In this document: positions 14,730 through 29,529 of the stretch, piece by piece
How the letters are laid out: each line of letters opens with the position of its first letter
How positions within the stretch are numbered: the stretch's first letter is position 1
Assembly (NCBI GenBank): GCA_012295275.1
Contig: CM022671.1
Coordinates: forward strand, 9,734,001 to 9,798,000
Length of the DNA: 64,000 bases
Reading direction: 5' to 3'
From: Chrysomallon squamiferum
Lineage: Eukaryota > Animalia > Mollusca
Program-made: the position numbers and the translations under genes
The notes under the pieces: model-generated
Told to the model about the DNA's origin: nothing
The model's database searches: none
What the model saw: the letters and a program-made list of their open reading frames with translations, nothing else

Positions 14730-16367
14730 GTTACTGTTATGTAGCTGCTCATCTTGTCTAACAAAAAGTTGAATGCTGTGGTGAAGGTATTCCTGTCAGC
14801 CAGCTGGAATCCCAGGAGGGGGTATAGGTTCTGGAAGTCCTGTTATCAAGCTCATCAAGCTCATCAAGCTTTTGCTTATAAAATACAATGTCTGGTTTAT
14901 CACTGCAAAAATGGAAATTCTGACTTGACTTCATTCCTTTAAGAGGACGAAACCACCCATCAAAGTACATCTGCCAGTCTGGTGCAAACTTGATATGGCC
15001 AGAAGGCATAAAATTAAGTGTTATTTCTGTATGGAGTCCAATCATAACCCTACCACAACATAAATTGATTCTTATTTTGTCACAATGTAAGTTCACTTTC
15101 AATTCTCCCAGGCCAAACTTGTTGGGTGAAGTTGAAAGATTAATGAATTGTACCAGGGAAAGAGTTAGGTTGGTGACGGCCAACACTGGTAATATTAGCT
15201 TCAGTGGCAGTAACTTTGCACTCTGCCATCATGTTATTATATAACTTCCTTTCAGATTCCACAATACACAGATTATCTAGTTGTTCACCAAGCGCTCACA
15301 TTTTCTCGTCTTCTAGAAGATTGGCAGTTCAGTGAATCATCTTGTTGTTTTGTTTCCACTGCCAGCACAGATCTGTCCAACAACTATGAAGGGAACATGC
15401 AGCTTCCATAGATTAACAAAGGAGGATTTCCCTATGACATGATGACCTAAAAAGAAAAGAAACATAAAAATAAATAAGTATTAAAACAATCACTGCAAAT
15501 TATAACTTTTTCAAGTAACAATTTCTAAATAATTTAATTACTAATTTTCCATATCAAGAGTAACAATATCAGTAACTTTAAAACTTAAAAACTAAGTAAG
15601 AATATAAATGTATGCATGGCTACTTGAATTAGTGTACTGTTTTAAGCACCTTTCCTATAAAGTATAATTTAATGCTTGTTTTAAATCATCTCCAGATACA
15701 GAAGTCAAGTAAAGGTAGGGGGTGTTTAATCTTTGCTTCACAACAAACATGTATACATATTAAATTATATATGTATATCAACATGTATATTCAGCTATAC
15801 TTAAATCTCTATACATTCTTATACAGGTATATATAAAACCCACAAATATACCAATCTATTCATTCAAATAACTATGTAGTATTAAAAATAAAACAAATTC
15901 ATTAAAACATGACACAGTGACAGTATGGTCAAATTTTGCATAATAAAAAGAATATTCTCAGTACCAAGGAAGGGAACAAGTATTAATGAGCAGTTAGAAA
16001 AAAAACAGTTGCTTTATCAATAGTTAACATTTATTTGGTTGTGCACGTGCTCTTGAAGAATCTTTTGTGTGAAGACACAATCAACTTACCTCGTGCAATA
16101 ACAAGTTGTTGGTAATGCCTTCAAAGTGAAGACTTCGTCTCAGATGTGGGGAGTATGTCGACATCACTTCTCTTGAATCCTGGTACCCGGCCAGGTAAGA
16201 TGAGTGGATGGTCCTCTGCAAAATGCTGCAGAAACTGGACAACACTCTCTGTTTCATCAGAACTAAGTACACTGGAATTAAATTTTCTCCCATCGCATTT
16301 TTTCTGTCTTGGAGTTACTCCATGCTGACGTAGTGCTTCAGCAATGCTGTTAGTTTATTCTGACTAA
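14730..16367 (-). pseudogene. Decayed, intron-containing Sola-like (DDD) DNA transposase; exons 16367-16090 and 15446-~14730
   Basis: Manual translation across stops and frameshifts: VSQNKLTALLKHY/QHGVTPRQKK..VVQFLQHFAEDHPLILPGRVPGFKRSDVDILPTSETKSSL*RHY; in-phase GT-AG intron 15447-16089; then GKSSFVNLWKLHVPFIV/TDLCWQ..ERKLYN..IH*SFNFTQQV/FGLGELKVNLHCD/NKNQFMLW/LNFMPSGHIKFAPDW/FRPLKGMK..FHF..PIPPPGIP. These match, from memory, the motifs TDLC, SFDFAQQ, HxDNCxGQNKN and GHTKFxPD of Sola-related (DUF7869-type) transposases. Superfamily assignment not verified by search. Confidence 0.82.
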
Positions 16368-16444
16368 CTGTGAAAATTTAAATAAAACAGGCCTGAGTAT
16401 TTTGTACAAAGCATTTAAGCCTATAAACTGATAACCAAGTATTT

Positions 16445-16765
16445 CTTAACACACACACACACATACTGTTATCTGAGTAGCAATTATCACTATTGCTGAT
16501 ACACACATACACACTATTATCTGAGTAGCAATTATCACTATTGCTGATACATACACACACACTATTATCCAAGTAGTAGCAATTATCACTATTGTTGATA
16601 CAAACAAACTCATTCACACACATGCACGCACACATTATCACAGTAGCAATTATCACTACATATATACTCACTCACTGATACACACACACACACACACACA
16701 CACACACTGTTATCGGAGTAGTAGCAATTATCACTGTTGCTGATACACACTCTCATTCACTCTCA
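16445..16765. repeat. Minisatellite (ACACTATTATCTGAGTAGCAATTATCACTATTGCTGAT + CA run, ~45 bp); inverted homologue of 32612-34230
   Basis: About 6 units visible; reverse complement of the array at 32.6-34.2 kb, with homologous flanks. Confidence 0.9.
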
Positions 16766-17177
16766 GGAATATAAATATATGTAAAGCTAAAATTACAAAA
16801 TTAATTATAAAAGGCAGACAGAGATGCAGAGGCAGAATAAGAGAGAGGTACATCTATCTATCTATCTATCTAACTAGCTATCTAAATGAAATTTGGCTGA
16901 CAGCTTGAGCATGTGCTGTTGTGCACATTTTCTGATTGCTTGACAGACAGGGTCAAGATCTGCTGCAGGCAATGACCAACCACCAACACTTAGAGCTTCA
17001 CATTCTTTATTCAGAAATAATCAAATTATATTAATTATTTAAAAACATTTACAAAATTAAAATCGGTAATGGTTACCATTAATGAAAAAGCCAATAACTC
17101 GAAAGATGGAGATGCAGTTAAGAGATTGAAAATATTAATATCTTCACCCTAATATATTTATAAAAAGGGCACTTACC

Positions 17178-17474
17178 TGGAAACCCATCCATATTTCTTC
17201 ATGTCTACTGGGCTACTTGTTTACAATAAAAGTTGGTATAACCTTTACACCTCTTCTTTTCAGTATCAATCTGTGTGTAGATAATAACACATCTCCTTAT
17301 TTTCAAGTCTTCTCACTTCTTCCTTTTAAATAAAAAATTTAAAAAAGACATTAATGTTCACAAATCATTATGCACTGAGCTCATTATGCAATAGGAAAAA
17401 CTGAAATTTAATGTGCTGCTTCCAAAAATTTTGAAAAAGAAGCAAGAACAATATAAAAAAAAAAAAAAAAAAAA

Positions 17475-17508
<34 letters not shown>

Positions 17509-17780
17509 TAATATAATAATAAAAATAATAAATTCAATATATGTCACTGTAAAAAATGAATATTTTACTTAATTTACTGTTTCACTATTGATTATTAAAT
17601 ATGGTTTTTTTTATTTTTTTTCATGTGTTTCTGTGGAAAATACATCTTCTAAATGCTTCTTACAGCACCATACATTTTTAAAAACTAGCTTATCATTGTT
17701 TTTATGAAACAAAATCAATATTTATATATTTTCTATTACTGATAATGAAAAATGCCTACACTGTTCAGTATTAATAATAA

Positions 17781-17815
<35 letters not shown>

Positions 17816-19012
17816 AAATCAATATATATATTTTAAAAAAATCTTATTTAGTATAATTTCTGTTGTTTAAGAAAATGAAAACTGATATAAACATTACAAT
17901 CTAAGGCTTGCCTAGTTCTATACCGAAGAGTTCCGTATAGTTATTTTCTTTGATGTCTGCCTTGATGTCATAAACATTATTAATAAGTGATATTTCTTAT
18001 CAGCAAATTCAATATTATCTGTTCTCATTCAATAGTAAATGCAGATTAAAATGGGTTTTTTTTGTTGTTGTTTTTTTTATTTTTTTTAGCAGACGCAGAC
18101 AACATTTTTCTAAACCACTCACATTTCCATTTTTAATGACCTCTTTGAGAAGATCTCCAGGATTTCACAAGTAATCCAGAGAATCAAGAATTTCAACTGC
18201 CTGACTTTTGTGTTATTACAGCTGAGAATTAAAATATTAAGAATAATGAAAAAAAATTCAGTAATAACATGAAAATATTTTTAAATGAGTGTTTAATCTT
18301 GCAAATGTTGTCCTAGATTCCAGTGGGAAAACTGATTCTCAAACAGGAAACTAATTTAAACATAGGATTATAGTATTTATACAATTACACATATTTCCAG
18401 TGTTGTTTTTTCATTAGCAATTTTATGATGTTAACTAAAGTATGAAATAATTATTATATCAGTTTTAGTTTGCAGTTAGAGTATTAATTATCACACACAA
18501 GTACACGCAAAATGCATATATATATATATAAAAACACCAATGAATTGAAATACAAAACTGGAAATAAATATCTAGTTCATGCACTTTCTAAACATGGCAG
18601 AAACTAATCAATCAATACAGAACTATAAACAGCACTAAATGTACAATACCATAATTTATAATCAAATCAGTGTTCAAGACAAAGGAGCTGCTGAATAAAA
18701 ATCTGTTTTCGTTTACAGAAACATATTGGAAAAATGTCTGAAGATGTTATGAGTCAATGCGAGATACAGCAAAGACACTGAGTATTTCAACACCACAACA
18801 TCTCGACGTGACCTCCAAGCCAAAGAACAAGAATAATCTGGTTTTTGATGCAGTTACCTAAGTGTGGACAGTGTCAGACAAGGTGACACACAATAATGAA
18901 ATGTACACAATGATATAACCCATTTAGCTATTCTGGTGAAAATCACTACAAAAACTCTGACCATTGCTGATCCCTGGCAAAAACTGCAAAGGATCACACA
19001 AAATACATGAAA

Positions 19013-19051
<39 letters not shown>

Positions 19052-19785
19052 ATACCCTACAGCTTCATTATGACATCTTCATTATGAAAGTTTTTTATGT
19101 GCTTAATAATCCAGTAAAATAAATTTCAATTCATTTTATGTGTTAAATTTTCTTATTTCCTGTAAAATGTAATTCTCTAACAAGAATAATGAATATTACT
19201 AAAAAAAAAATTAATCTTTCTTTCCACTATTGATGTTGCATGCTTTCTTCTCAAAACATCTAGGAACTGTAGGAACTGCTGACAAAAATATTCTGACTGG
19301 AATTGGTTTCTATGGTTTCTATGGTTTCTGTTAGTATTACTGACGACATTCTCAACGTGAGATAAAATGTCATACTCTTTCAAGCTGATAATTACACAGG
19401 CAGTGTCTGTAAGTAAAAAAGTTTCTAAATAAAAATAATAAAATTACTGATATGGAATTAATTGCATAAAATGGCATTGTTTTTATCATATATTAAATAA
19501 ATGACAGAAAATGGCAGGCTAACAACTAAGATCTCTGAGAATAACTAAAGCTGTTACAATACTAAATATGATCTGTTAGAGTGAATTAAACAACATTTAA
19601 TTAGAAAAAATATTTAATAAAATAAAACAACTCAAATCTCTGCACTTGGACACCAACATCGCATACCTTAGTGTGAAATATATATCAGTTAATTTCATCT
19701 GTCAGTATTGTCCTGTACAAAGTCCACTGGTTTGTGTTTGTATGTGAGCAGAGGAGGAATTGACGGGTATCTGTTTCTTTTTGCC
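17178..19785 (-). pseudogene. Series of probable decayed exons of unidentified gene(s) (~19785-19667, ~19407-19220, ~18220-17895, ~17322-17178)
   Basis: Higher-complexity blocks, most bounded by polypyrimidine-AG acceptors and GT/GC donors on the minus strand (e.g. ttacag|DTACVIISLKEYDILSHVENVVSN..QFLDVLRRKHA; ..GTTTCCAG|gtaagt). They contain stops, and no family was recognised. Confidence 0.4.
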
Positions 19786-20474
19786 TTAAAAAATGTAATA
19801 AAAAAACAACAAGAATAAGGTGAAATTAATATATTTAGGAAAAACAAGTTTATTTCTCTACTGATCAGAGGCAAAAACAATATATGTTCTTATGCAGCAG
19901 GAAATGAACAATACAGACAGAAACCTACATATACTCTTTATCTCTGTCATAAATATATACTAAGTGATTTAACATTTTATCCATTGTATAAAAGCAATTA
20001 GCATAGGCAAAAAAAGTCTGAAACAAAAATAGATCATATATTAAAACATTTCAAACACAATTAGTCTAGCATCACTGTGTCAAAGTGACTGGTATCTGCA
20101 TGTGTGTGTGAGTGTGTTTTGTTATGTGTAGATGTGTGTGTACCTGTTTCTTGATCAATATTGTTTTCTACATATTTGTTATCATTACCTTTCATTTTCT
20201 TCTTCTTATTGTTATCATCATCATCATCATCATCATCATCATCTTTATTATTATTATTATTATTATTATTTCACATTATAGGTGAAATTTTTGTTTCTTT
20301 CTTTATGTCTATCTTTGATAAATGACACTCCAGAACAAAAATAAATGTTGCATTCAAAAGTAAATAAAGCAGAAAATACGTGAAATTACAGATATGTGTG
20401 TGTGTGTTGTTGTTTTAACAATGCTAACAGTAGTATCAGGTTAGATATTGCTGTGGCTAATGAAGAGTCAACAG

Positions 20475-20614
<140 letters not shown>

Positions 20615-21434
20615 GCTTATGATGAAAGTGTTGTTATAAATGGACAGGCAAACAGAAAGATAAATAAGGATTTTGAAAGTTCTTATGCATGCAGGAGGCG
20701 AGTGAGACAGAGAGACTCAGAGGTAGGGAGAGTTTAATACAGATAAAAACTTAGACAGACTGATAGATTATTTGTAGACAGATAAATAGACTGGTAGAAA
20801 GGAACAAAGACAAATAGAAAGCCACAGAGAACATACTGACATACAAGACAAGCAGATTAAGAGACATGATAGATATAAGCAACTGTATGATGGAAATGTG
20901 GGGTATATATATATATATATATCTAAAATGGTGTTATATACATATGTGTTTGTGTGTGTGTGTGTGTGTGTGAAAGAAATTTTTTAGAGAGTCAATATGA
21001 AATGATGAACATGTCTGATAGGTTGAATTGAGTATTTGAGCAAGAAACTGTGGGAATACGTGTTTATGAATTAGATAGAAAGAATGGATATATCGTGTGG
21101 TTTTGTGTGTAGTTTTCTGTGTGTTTTTGAGAGTGGGTATGTGTTGTAGATACATAGGTAGATAGAGAGACAGAAAGATATATGTGAATGTGAAAGATGT
21201 AGTGTGTAAACATGTATGGCTCTATAATATTTTGTGTTTGTGTGTTAGGGAGAATGTGGATACATAGGGTATTGCTACTTTTGTATATTTTTAGAAAGGG
21301 TGGGTGTATTATTCAAAGAACATTTCTTTTCGAACATGCATGTATTCTCTATCTTGCTCACATGAAGAAATACTCACTCTTTCTTACATATGCACTCCAG
21401 CTTTCATATTTGCAGACATAGCTTACCTAACAAG

Positions 21435-21474
<40 letters not shown>

Positions 21475-22699
21475 GAAACACATTTTATTTCACACATCAC
21501 CTCTCTCTAACCCACACAAAAATAAATACTCAGTATATTCTTACACCTATACACATGCCTGTCTCTAAGTAAATCCACCCCAAAATCTATATCTAAAATA
21601 AATAAACATAATCTTGTTCACTTATTTATTGACCCATCTTCAGATGTAAACATACTCTCATTTACACATTGATTTGTACACCAATCCTCTAACATAAATA
21701 CAAAACAGTATATTCATACACATATACTCATGATTATGAACCTATATAATGCATATATTTATGTAGTTTGTATATATCCATCTATCTATATCTATCCTCT
21801 CTACCACACATATACATACATAAACCCACATTCATTCACTCATATATTTATTTATTTATATTTATCAATCAATCATATGACTCTCTCATCACACTATCTT
21901 TCACACATTTATATACCCATTCTCTCTAACACACAAACACATATGCCCATATTTATACAGATAAATATATACATACACATCAGTGCTCTATCTATCTATA
22001 TATAATTATTGTCTACTGACCTATGAATATGACCTACAAATGTTGATAATATCATATAATTGTCTGAATAGTATTGGATACAGCTAAAGGAATATTATCG
22101 GCTTTTCAAGAATAATCTTGATAATGTTAATTAAGAAAATGTCGATATTCAGTTTCCAAATTACATGTGAAACCTCTATTTTGCAATCCATCTATCTACC
22201 TCTCTATTAATCTGTCTCACTTTCTCAAAATTAGTCACACACACACACACGTACGTATACACTTTCTCTATTTACACCCTTTTTAAAATGCATTATTTAA
22301 ATACACTTTTTCTTACACAAACTCACATCCTCCTTTAACACTGCCATACAGCAATCCTCTCTAACAAACATACATACACATCAAGATCTCCACACTTGCC
22401 TATCCACCTCTCTCTATCTGTCTTTGTATCGCTATTCAAATATGTGTCTGTCTATCTATCTATCTATCTATCTATATATCTATCAGTATATTTATTTATT
22501 TATCTATTTTATCCCATATACATAAGGAACACTCTGTCTAACACACAAACAACAGATCATTTTTTTTTTTTTACAGATGTGCAGGTATACATCTGCCTAT
22601 CATATATATGTACTCATCCTTTAATACAGACATACATACCAATCACTTCCTAAACATACACATACATTATCATTCCTATACAGATGTGTTTGTTTTTGT

Positions 22700-24624
22700 A
22701 TATCTGTATTGATCTCTGTATATCAAACTATATAATCTATCTGTATTATCTCTGTATATCTTTCTATATAACCTATGTATTTATCTCTGGATATCTACCT
22801 TTAAGTTATCAGTTCGTCACCAACTTGATCCAAACACGGATCCAATCCTCTTGGTCTTCTGTCTGTCTCTGTGTGTATTTATCTATGTACATATACATCA
22901 TTATATCCACTTTATCATCATACTTGCTTACACCTATCTTTCTATCTATCTTCCTGACTATATATTTATCATTCTATAGCTAGATGTGAACCTACTGACC
23001 TGCCTGTCTCTTTAGCTATCTGTATATCCATCCATCGAACTCTAAGTAAATGCCTCCCTATATATATATATTTCCCTATCCATCAATATTACAATCCATC
23101 AATAACCATCCATGAATCACCTATTCATCTTTCTATCTCCCTAAATAATTATAACTACTTTACATATCAGTCTGTATGTGTTACTGTCCATTTATAACAG
23201 AAATAATTCTCATTCAGAATTCCCATATTTAGCCATCCTTATCACTGGCACACACACACACACACACACACACATGCACTTTCTATGCATATGCATACAG
23301 TTGTCACCTATCTATACATATATCTCTATATGTATGTCTAGCTACACAATTTCTCAGTCTAACTACATAAGTCTATCAGTCTATCTCTCAGCCTGGCACA
23401 CAAACACACATTTCAGAAAGAAGAATACACAGAATAGACAGACAGACATTCTCATGTTTATTAAATTCATCTACATCTATCAATTCATTTTTAACTTCTA
23501 CTGACTAACTGTCTATTAGACACTCTTTACCTGTTAACCTCCCATCAGACAGTCAGTCTCACATCTCTGTCAATCACCTCCCCATTTCTTTAAATGGTTG
23601 CTCTCAAAGTTAACAGCTAATATTCTTTATGAAAACAACATTAAGCTGGAACCTGCTTGTTGTCTATCTATAAATATCACTGTTCCACATATTTTTATTT
23701 CTTCTCCACTAATTTGTAATGTAGAATCACACATTGCTTTGGCACTGTCATTAGACATGACAGTGGAAGTCTTTTGTTCCATTCCATAATAACCAAGAAT
23801 CATCCACTGTTAACTATTGGAGAATAATTAATCAACACTGATGTGTACTGTGAACATTTTTTTCTGGAAACTGCTTTGGAAACAAAAATCCAACTTTTGT
23901 GAATAATAATTGCTCCATATCAGTAGATACTTCATCAGTTTAAAGTAACCTTTATATTCTTCTTCATATTCTTCTAACTGAAGCTGATTCCATAATCATG
24001 TCTTTCCTGTAGATACAATAATAAGATTTGATAGAATAATTATTTAGAAGTATTTTTCCATTGTGTTTAATTGTCTATAATGTTAGAAAGAAATTATTAT
24101 AAATAAAATTATCTGTCTCTTATTGTAACAGGTTTAAATAATAAATAACAAATAATTTAAACAAAATATAGATCTATAAAAAAAGTATCACTACAAATTG
24201 TAAATCTTACATTCTGGTCAACTTAAAAAAGAAAATTGTCTTTTATATCTAAATTCATCAAAATAAGTGAAAATATTTCTTTATGATGGATTTTCTAATA
24301 CTAAACAAGAAGAATGCATTGAGGAACATTTAAATTTAATTTTTTTTTTTTTATTGTAAAACTGATATCAAGCAATGAATGTGTCAAGGCAATCATTCAA
24401 ATAACACGTGATCAATTTGCTTTTTATATGTAAATACCACCTCATGTATTGAAAATGGAAATAAATATTAAAATGAAAAATTATAATGGTTTCAACTATT
24501 GTTTTTTTTTAACTATGTACTCAGAGCTGAACTTTTTATGATTTTCCCTGATAAGGGTGGTTGTTCATATTATGAAACCGTGATCTCCTGTGCCTTTCCT
24601 AATTACTTTTTCAACTAAAATAAA
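22700..24624 (-). repeat. Segmental duplicate, copy 1 (inverted, high identity to 56861-58782)
   Basis: ORFs 23598-23789(+) and 57689-57880(-) differ at 1 of 63 aa. Flanking non-coding sequence aligns by eye over ~1.9 kb. Confidence 0.95.
23578..24006 (-). pseudogene. Decayed coding exon of unknown family ('KDMI' exon), copy 1 of 3
   Basis: tctacag|GAAAGACATGATT acceptor and GGGAG|gtgatt donor; multiple stops and frameshifts; homologues at 31192-31587 and 57472-57901. Confidence 0.6.
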
Positions 24625-26131
24625 TAAATAAAATTAATGAAAAACATTAAATGAAATAGGTAATTAAAAATAATTCAATAAATAATATTAACACATCAAA
24701 ATAAACCAAAAATAAAGGAAACTGGTTATTTAAAAGTCAAAGATAACGCAGGTATTGCTAATAAGCTGGTTCTGTCTGCTAAAAACATTATACAAAAATT
24801 AGTTCTTTTCATCTAAAAGCACCAAATCTAATTTACCGTCATCTCAAGATATGCGAGGAGTAATCTATTTCAGAAGTTCATTTAACATGTAGGTAAATAT
24901 GCCAAAAAGACTCAGTATTGAGTAAAATTTAAAAAAAAAAGTAAAAAAAAAAAAAAAAAAAAAAGAAAAAAACGAAACCACGCAGAAACATTTTTTTTGT
25001 TGTTGTTTTGTTTCAATAAATGAGAAAGACTAAGAAGAGATGAAAGATTACTTGTAATATCTTAAGTCTCCTGAATATGGATCATTCACTGAATTTACTA
25101 AATTCACTAAAGTGATTTTATTTAAATCTATATATTATTTTTTTTTTTCTATTTAATGTAACTGGGTTTTTTTTTTATAATAAATATGTGTGTGAAATAA
25201 TCATTTTATTTCCTTTCTTAATTTTTTTTTTTTTGCTTGTTTCAGTATTCTTTCTTAATTATTATTTTATTTATCATCTTAAGTAGTATTATTGCAATTA
25301 CTGTTGTTCTTTTTTTTGTTAATGTCATGTCAGATATTATTACTGTTGCCATTATAAAGAAAGAAACAATTACCAACAGATAGATAGATAAACACACATA
25401 CGCACACACACACACACACACTTAGAAAAGAAAGAGTTTGGTATTCATGTTTGCCTTAGAGCACTGGTTTTCAACCTTATGAGCAACTCAATATGACTGA
25501 TGACCCCCTTTAACATTTTTGATTCAATAATATATACGGTTACGATATTTTCATCAATCAAAGACAGTACAAAAGGAATCTAAATAATACAGAGATAGAT
25601 ACACTGAAGATAACTAGGGATGGATTTAGAGATAGACAGACATTTTACATGAACTTGTAAGAAAGTGTTTGTACATGCGTTAATATATCATCAAATAAAA
25701 CTCGCTTTTCACATCTTTTCTTTTATTGGTCATTTTAATTACTCAGTTCACTTTTGTCCTTTTTTTTCTTTTATCTATGTCTGTCTGTCTATCTATTGAT
25801 CTATCTATCTATCTGTCTGTCTGTTTATCTATCCACCTACCTATCTACCTCTCAGAATGTAGTAATAAGTACAGGGGTCACTGTAACTATAATTTTAGTA
25901 ATTTTTGTTATAAACACTGCAAACAATATTGATAATAAAGAAGCGATGATATTTTATCTCACTTTGAGAGGTTCAATGTATGCTGAAAATACAGAAGCAT
26001 CTTCGAGATTAATATTAATAAATTTATTTATTTATTTATTTGTCTTAATATATCCTCTCACCTCTCAATTCTACTATCTTAACAATAATAATAATAATAA
26101 TAATAACAATAACAAAAGCAATAACAATATC

Positions 26132-26166
<35 letters not shown>

Positions 26167-26551
26167 TAATAATATTTCTCTGTACAGAAGACAGCAGGTA
26201 GAGATCTAGGGTGTGGTGTGTTAACATATTTGTGTGATAAGAAAATATCACAACTGTTCTTTTACTTCTCTACCATATAACACTTTCCTTTTTTATTTTT
26301 TTCTCTCACATACTGTCTGAAATAAAAAATAAACAGTTACCAAGTAAAATTTCTCAAACAGTCATAGAATTTTATGGTATTTTAAAAGAATGAGAAAGAG
26401 AGACAAAGTGAGAAAGATATAATGAGACATAGTGAAAAATAAGGAAGATGATCAAAGAGAAAGATAGAAAAAAACAAGTGAAACAGAAAACATACAAAAA
26501 AAACCCAACAACATTCAACAAAATAAAATAAAATATCAGTGAAATATTGAA

Positions 26552-26582
<31 letters not shown>

Positions 26583-27900
26583 GTATTTTTACACACATGC
26601 TCTTATGGTTAATCTTTAAACTAACTCAGAGATAACATCCTGGCCTTAAATAAATAATAACTGACATTACCAAAAACACTTCAATGAAAACAACAAAGAT
26701 AAAGATCACACAAATCTAATAAAATATGATTTCCTTTATAAACTTTGGTCTGTGTATTTTATCAGCACATAATTATCAGTATCAGTGTGTGTGAATTAAC
26801 AGAATATTTTATGATGTTATCCTGTGTATCAGAAAAGGTTGAATAGAGTATTTAAAAAATCATACAAACAGGATGGTAGAAAGTATCATTTTCTATATCA
26901 GAACACTGGATAGAGGCAACAATCATCAATTAAGCTGTATAGTTGAAATTATCATTCTTTGTATCAGAAAATGTTCTACAGAGCATTTCAAAAATCATTT
27001 TCTATGAAGTAGAATTGACATTCATTCATTCATTTGTATAGTTTGTAAAAACAATGGTTATCAAAAATTTCAGTTATTTAAAGATAAGCTTTCATCCCTG
27101 TCCATTTCACAAAAAGAACTGACATAATTTGATAAGCACATGATACCAATACACATAATTACAAATGAAATAATATATTTTTTAAGTTTTAATATTTTTT
27201 TATCTGTTACCATTATATATATATAGATATATATATATTTTTTTTTTTTGTTATATGTGAGCCTTTCAATATGCATCAAGGCAAAAACAAACTACTTTGT
27301 TTATACACTTTATGAACAGGGAAAGACATTGAATGGAAGAAAGAAAGTGAAAAAGATAATCAGAGAGGCCAAATATTTTAGCCTAGATAACAATAAACAC
27401 ATTTGTTTAATTATTCATAATAATCATGGTTAGTGTTAAAGAACAATGTTACAGTTGGGAGAAATATTTACAGAAAAGTTTGCTGAAACAGATATTTAAA
27501 GACTATATGTTTGCATATATATAGATAGACATAGATATATAAACAGACTAGGTTACATAAAGTCACAGACTTACAGACAGACAGAAAGTTAGAAAGACAG
27601 ACAAATATAAAATAAAAGAATTCAGAGGTACATGGATGTATTTATTTAGTAACATTATTTAGAGACTGGTAGACATTGGGTAGAGAGGTAGTTTGATAAT
27701 GAAGACCATCAGACAGACAGACATGTTAGTGTAGACATAAACTGGTAAATAGATATTTAGTTACCAGAACTAGGCAGATGTAACGCACACTCACACACAC
27801 ATTAAAAAAGAGCAAGAGAAGCTGACAGATTGGGAGTAGTAGGTAAATCAAATGACATTTATATATAATTAATCAAACTCTGATGATTTAACTGGAATAC

Positions 27901-28842
27901 CTCTCCTCTGTTGTAGTAATCTATAGCGTTGTCTACACATACAGAATTAGACATCAGCATCCATGCTATTCCACCGTTTGACCATGTCACTGGATCCTGG
28001 CAAATAAAAGCAGTGGTAGTAGTAGTTTTAGTAGTAGCAGGAGAGGAGGGGCAGGAACAGCAGTTGTAACAGCAACAGAAGCAACAGTAGTATTTGTAAT
28101 AGTAGTAATAATAATAACAATAACACATTATAATAAGACTAATAATGATAATAATAAAAACAACAGTAATATTAATAATAATTGTAATAAGACCAATATA
28201 TAAAATAATAATAATCATAATAAGATATTACATTATATTAATAATAAAAAAGTACAAGTATCATAATAATACAAAATAAGAATATTACTAACAATAAAAT
28301 TCACAATTAAATAACAGAATTCAAAAAGAAGAAGGAAAGAATATACAACAATATTGCCACTTTAATTTATTAACAACCAAGAATTATAAAAAAACAAAAC
28401 AAGAACAAACAATAGAATTAAAATATTTATCTCTGAATTTTTCTCACTAAAATAGACATTTAATCCAAAAAATAAAAAATAAAAAATATAGAGAAAAGTA
28501 TCTTCACCTTCATAATAACTACTTCCTCTACAGTGCAGTCTGCCTCCATGTTAAAGAGAGATTCTAGTTTCTGAATACTTGCATTGCCAGACAGGTTGAA
28601 TGCATACACAGCCCTTGCACGATGATCAGCTAGCTGGGGTGAAAGTGTGATTTTAACAACTGTTTACATGTGAGAAAGAAATATATTGTTCTTTACATTA
28701 AAAAGAAAGGAAAGTTTTAGAAATCAATGTAAAAGTTCAAATTAAAACTGGATGTAAAAGTTGATATATACAGACAGAATAACTCCTTAGAGTCAAAATT
28801 TTATATACTTTCATCACTTTCTGTTCTCTTCTATATTATTAT

Positions 28843-28927
<85 letters not shown>

Positions 28928-29406
28928 TGAAGACAGAGAAACTTCAAGTGAGAGAGACAACCAGATATAAATATTCATAAATAAGCAGAATGTGATGTTT
29001 ATTATTATAGATAGATATATAGAAAGGTAGATAGATAGCTGTGAACTGTTATCACTACACTACTACATACTATATAATCACTCACCATGACCTTTCAACA
29101 TGGCTGCAATGTCAAGGACATCACCTAGTGACAGTGTCAGAAGTTGACCGTTTCCTTTATCTGTGAGAATCGCTGGACAATGCATCATATTACCCAGCAT
29201 TCCTAGAGGAAGAAAAACAAATAAATAAATGATATGACAAATTTTAATAAATGTGAATCATATAAATGTTAAAAAATAAAAATAACTATAACTGTTTACC
29301 AGGATGTTCTCCAAGTTCTGTCAGCTTAATCAGGAAGCTGTCTGCAACTGAAGGGAGGCAACTAAAAGATAATTCAGTTTTCTCCCTGACTTCTAGACAG
29401 TGAGAC
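27901..29406 (-). pseudogene. Four-exon fragment of an RRM (RNA-recognition motif) protein gene; exons 29406-29300, 29202-29086, 28629-28508, 27996-27901
   Basis: All introns are GT-AG and phase-compatible (1,1,0). Spliced product: ..KSGEKTELSFSCLPSVADSFLIKLTELGEHPGMLGNMMHCPAILTDKGNGQLLTLSLGDVLDIAAMLKGHADHRARAVYAFNLSGNASIQKLESLFNMEADCTVEEVVIMKDPVTWSNGGIAWMLMSNSVCVDNAIDYYNRGE. VYAFNL resembles RNP2; IMKDPVT..GIAWM resembles beta2-loop-RNP1. One in-frame TAG near the start of the first exon; no start or terminal exon found. Confidence 0.75.
28846..28923. repeat. (AG)n microsatellite in an intron of the RRM fragment
   Basis: Pure AG run. Confidence 0.97.
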
Positions 29407-29529
29407 CTTAAAATTAATTAAATTTATATAAATAATTTAAAAAGAAACAACTTCAATTAACAACAGCATTAACAATAATACACCCTTTTATTTACTATTC
29501 TGTTTTCTTATTTTTACCACTGGATTAAC

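Noticed and set aside
23598-23789. Near-identical 63-aa ORF at 23598-23789(+) and 57689-57880(-) as a conserved small gene
   Set aside because: It is the antisense of the decayed KDMI exon; the identity reflects recent duplication.
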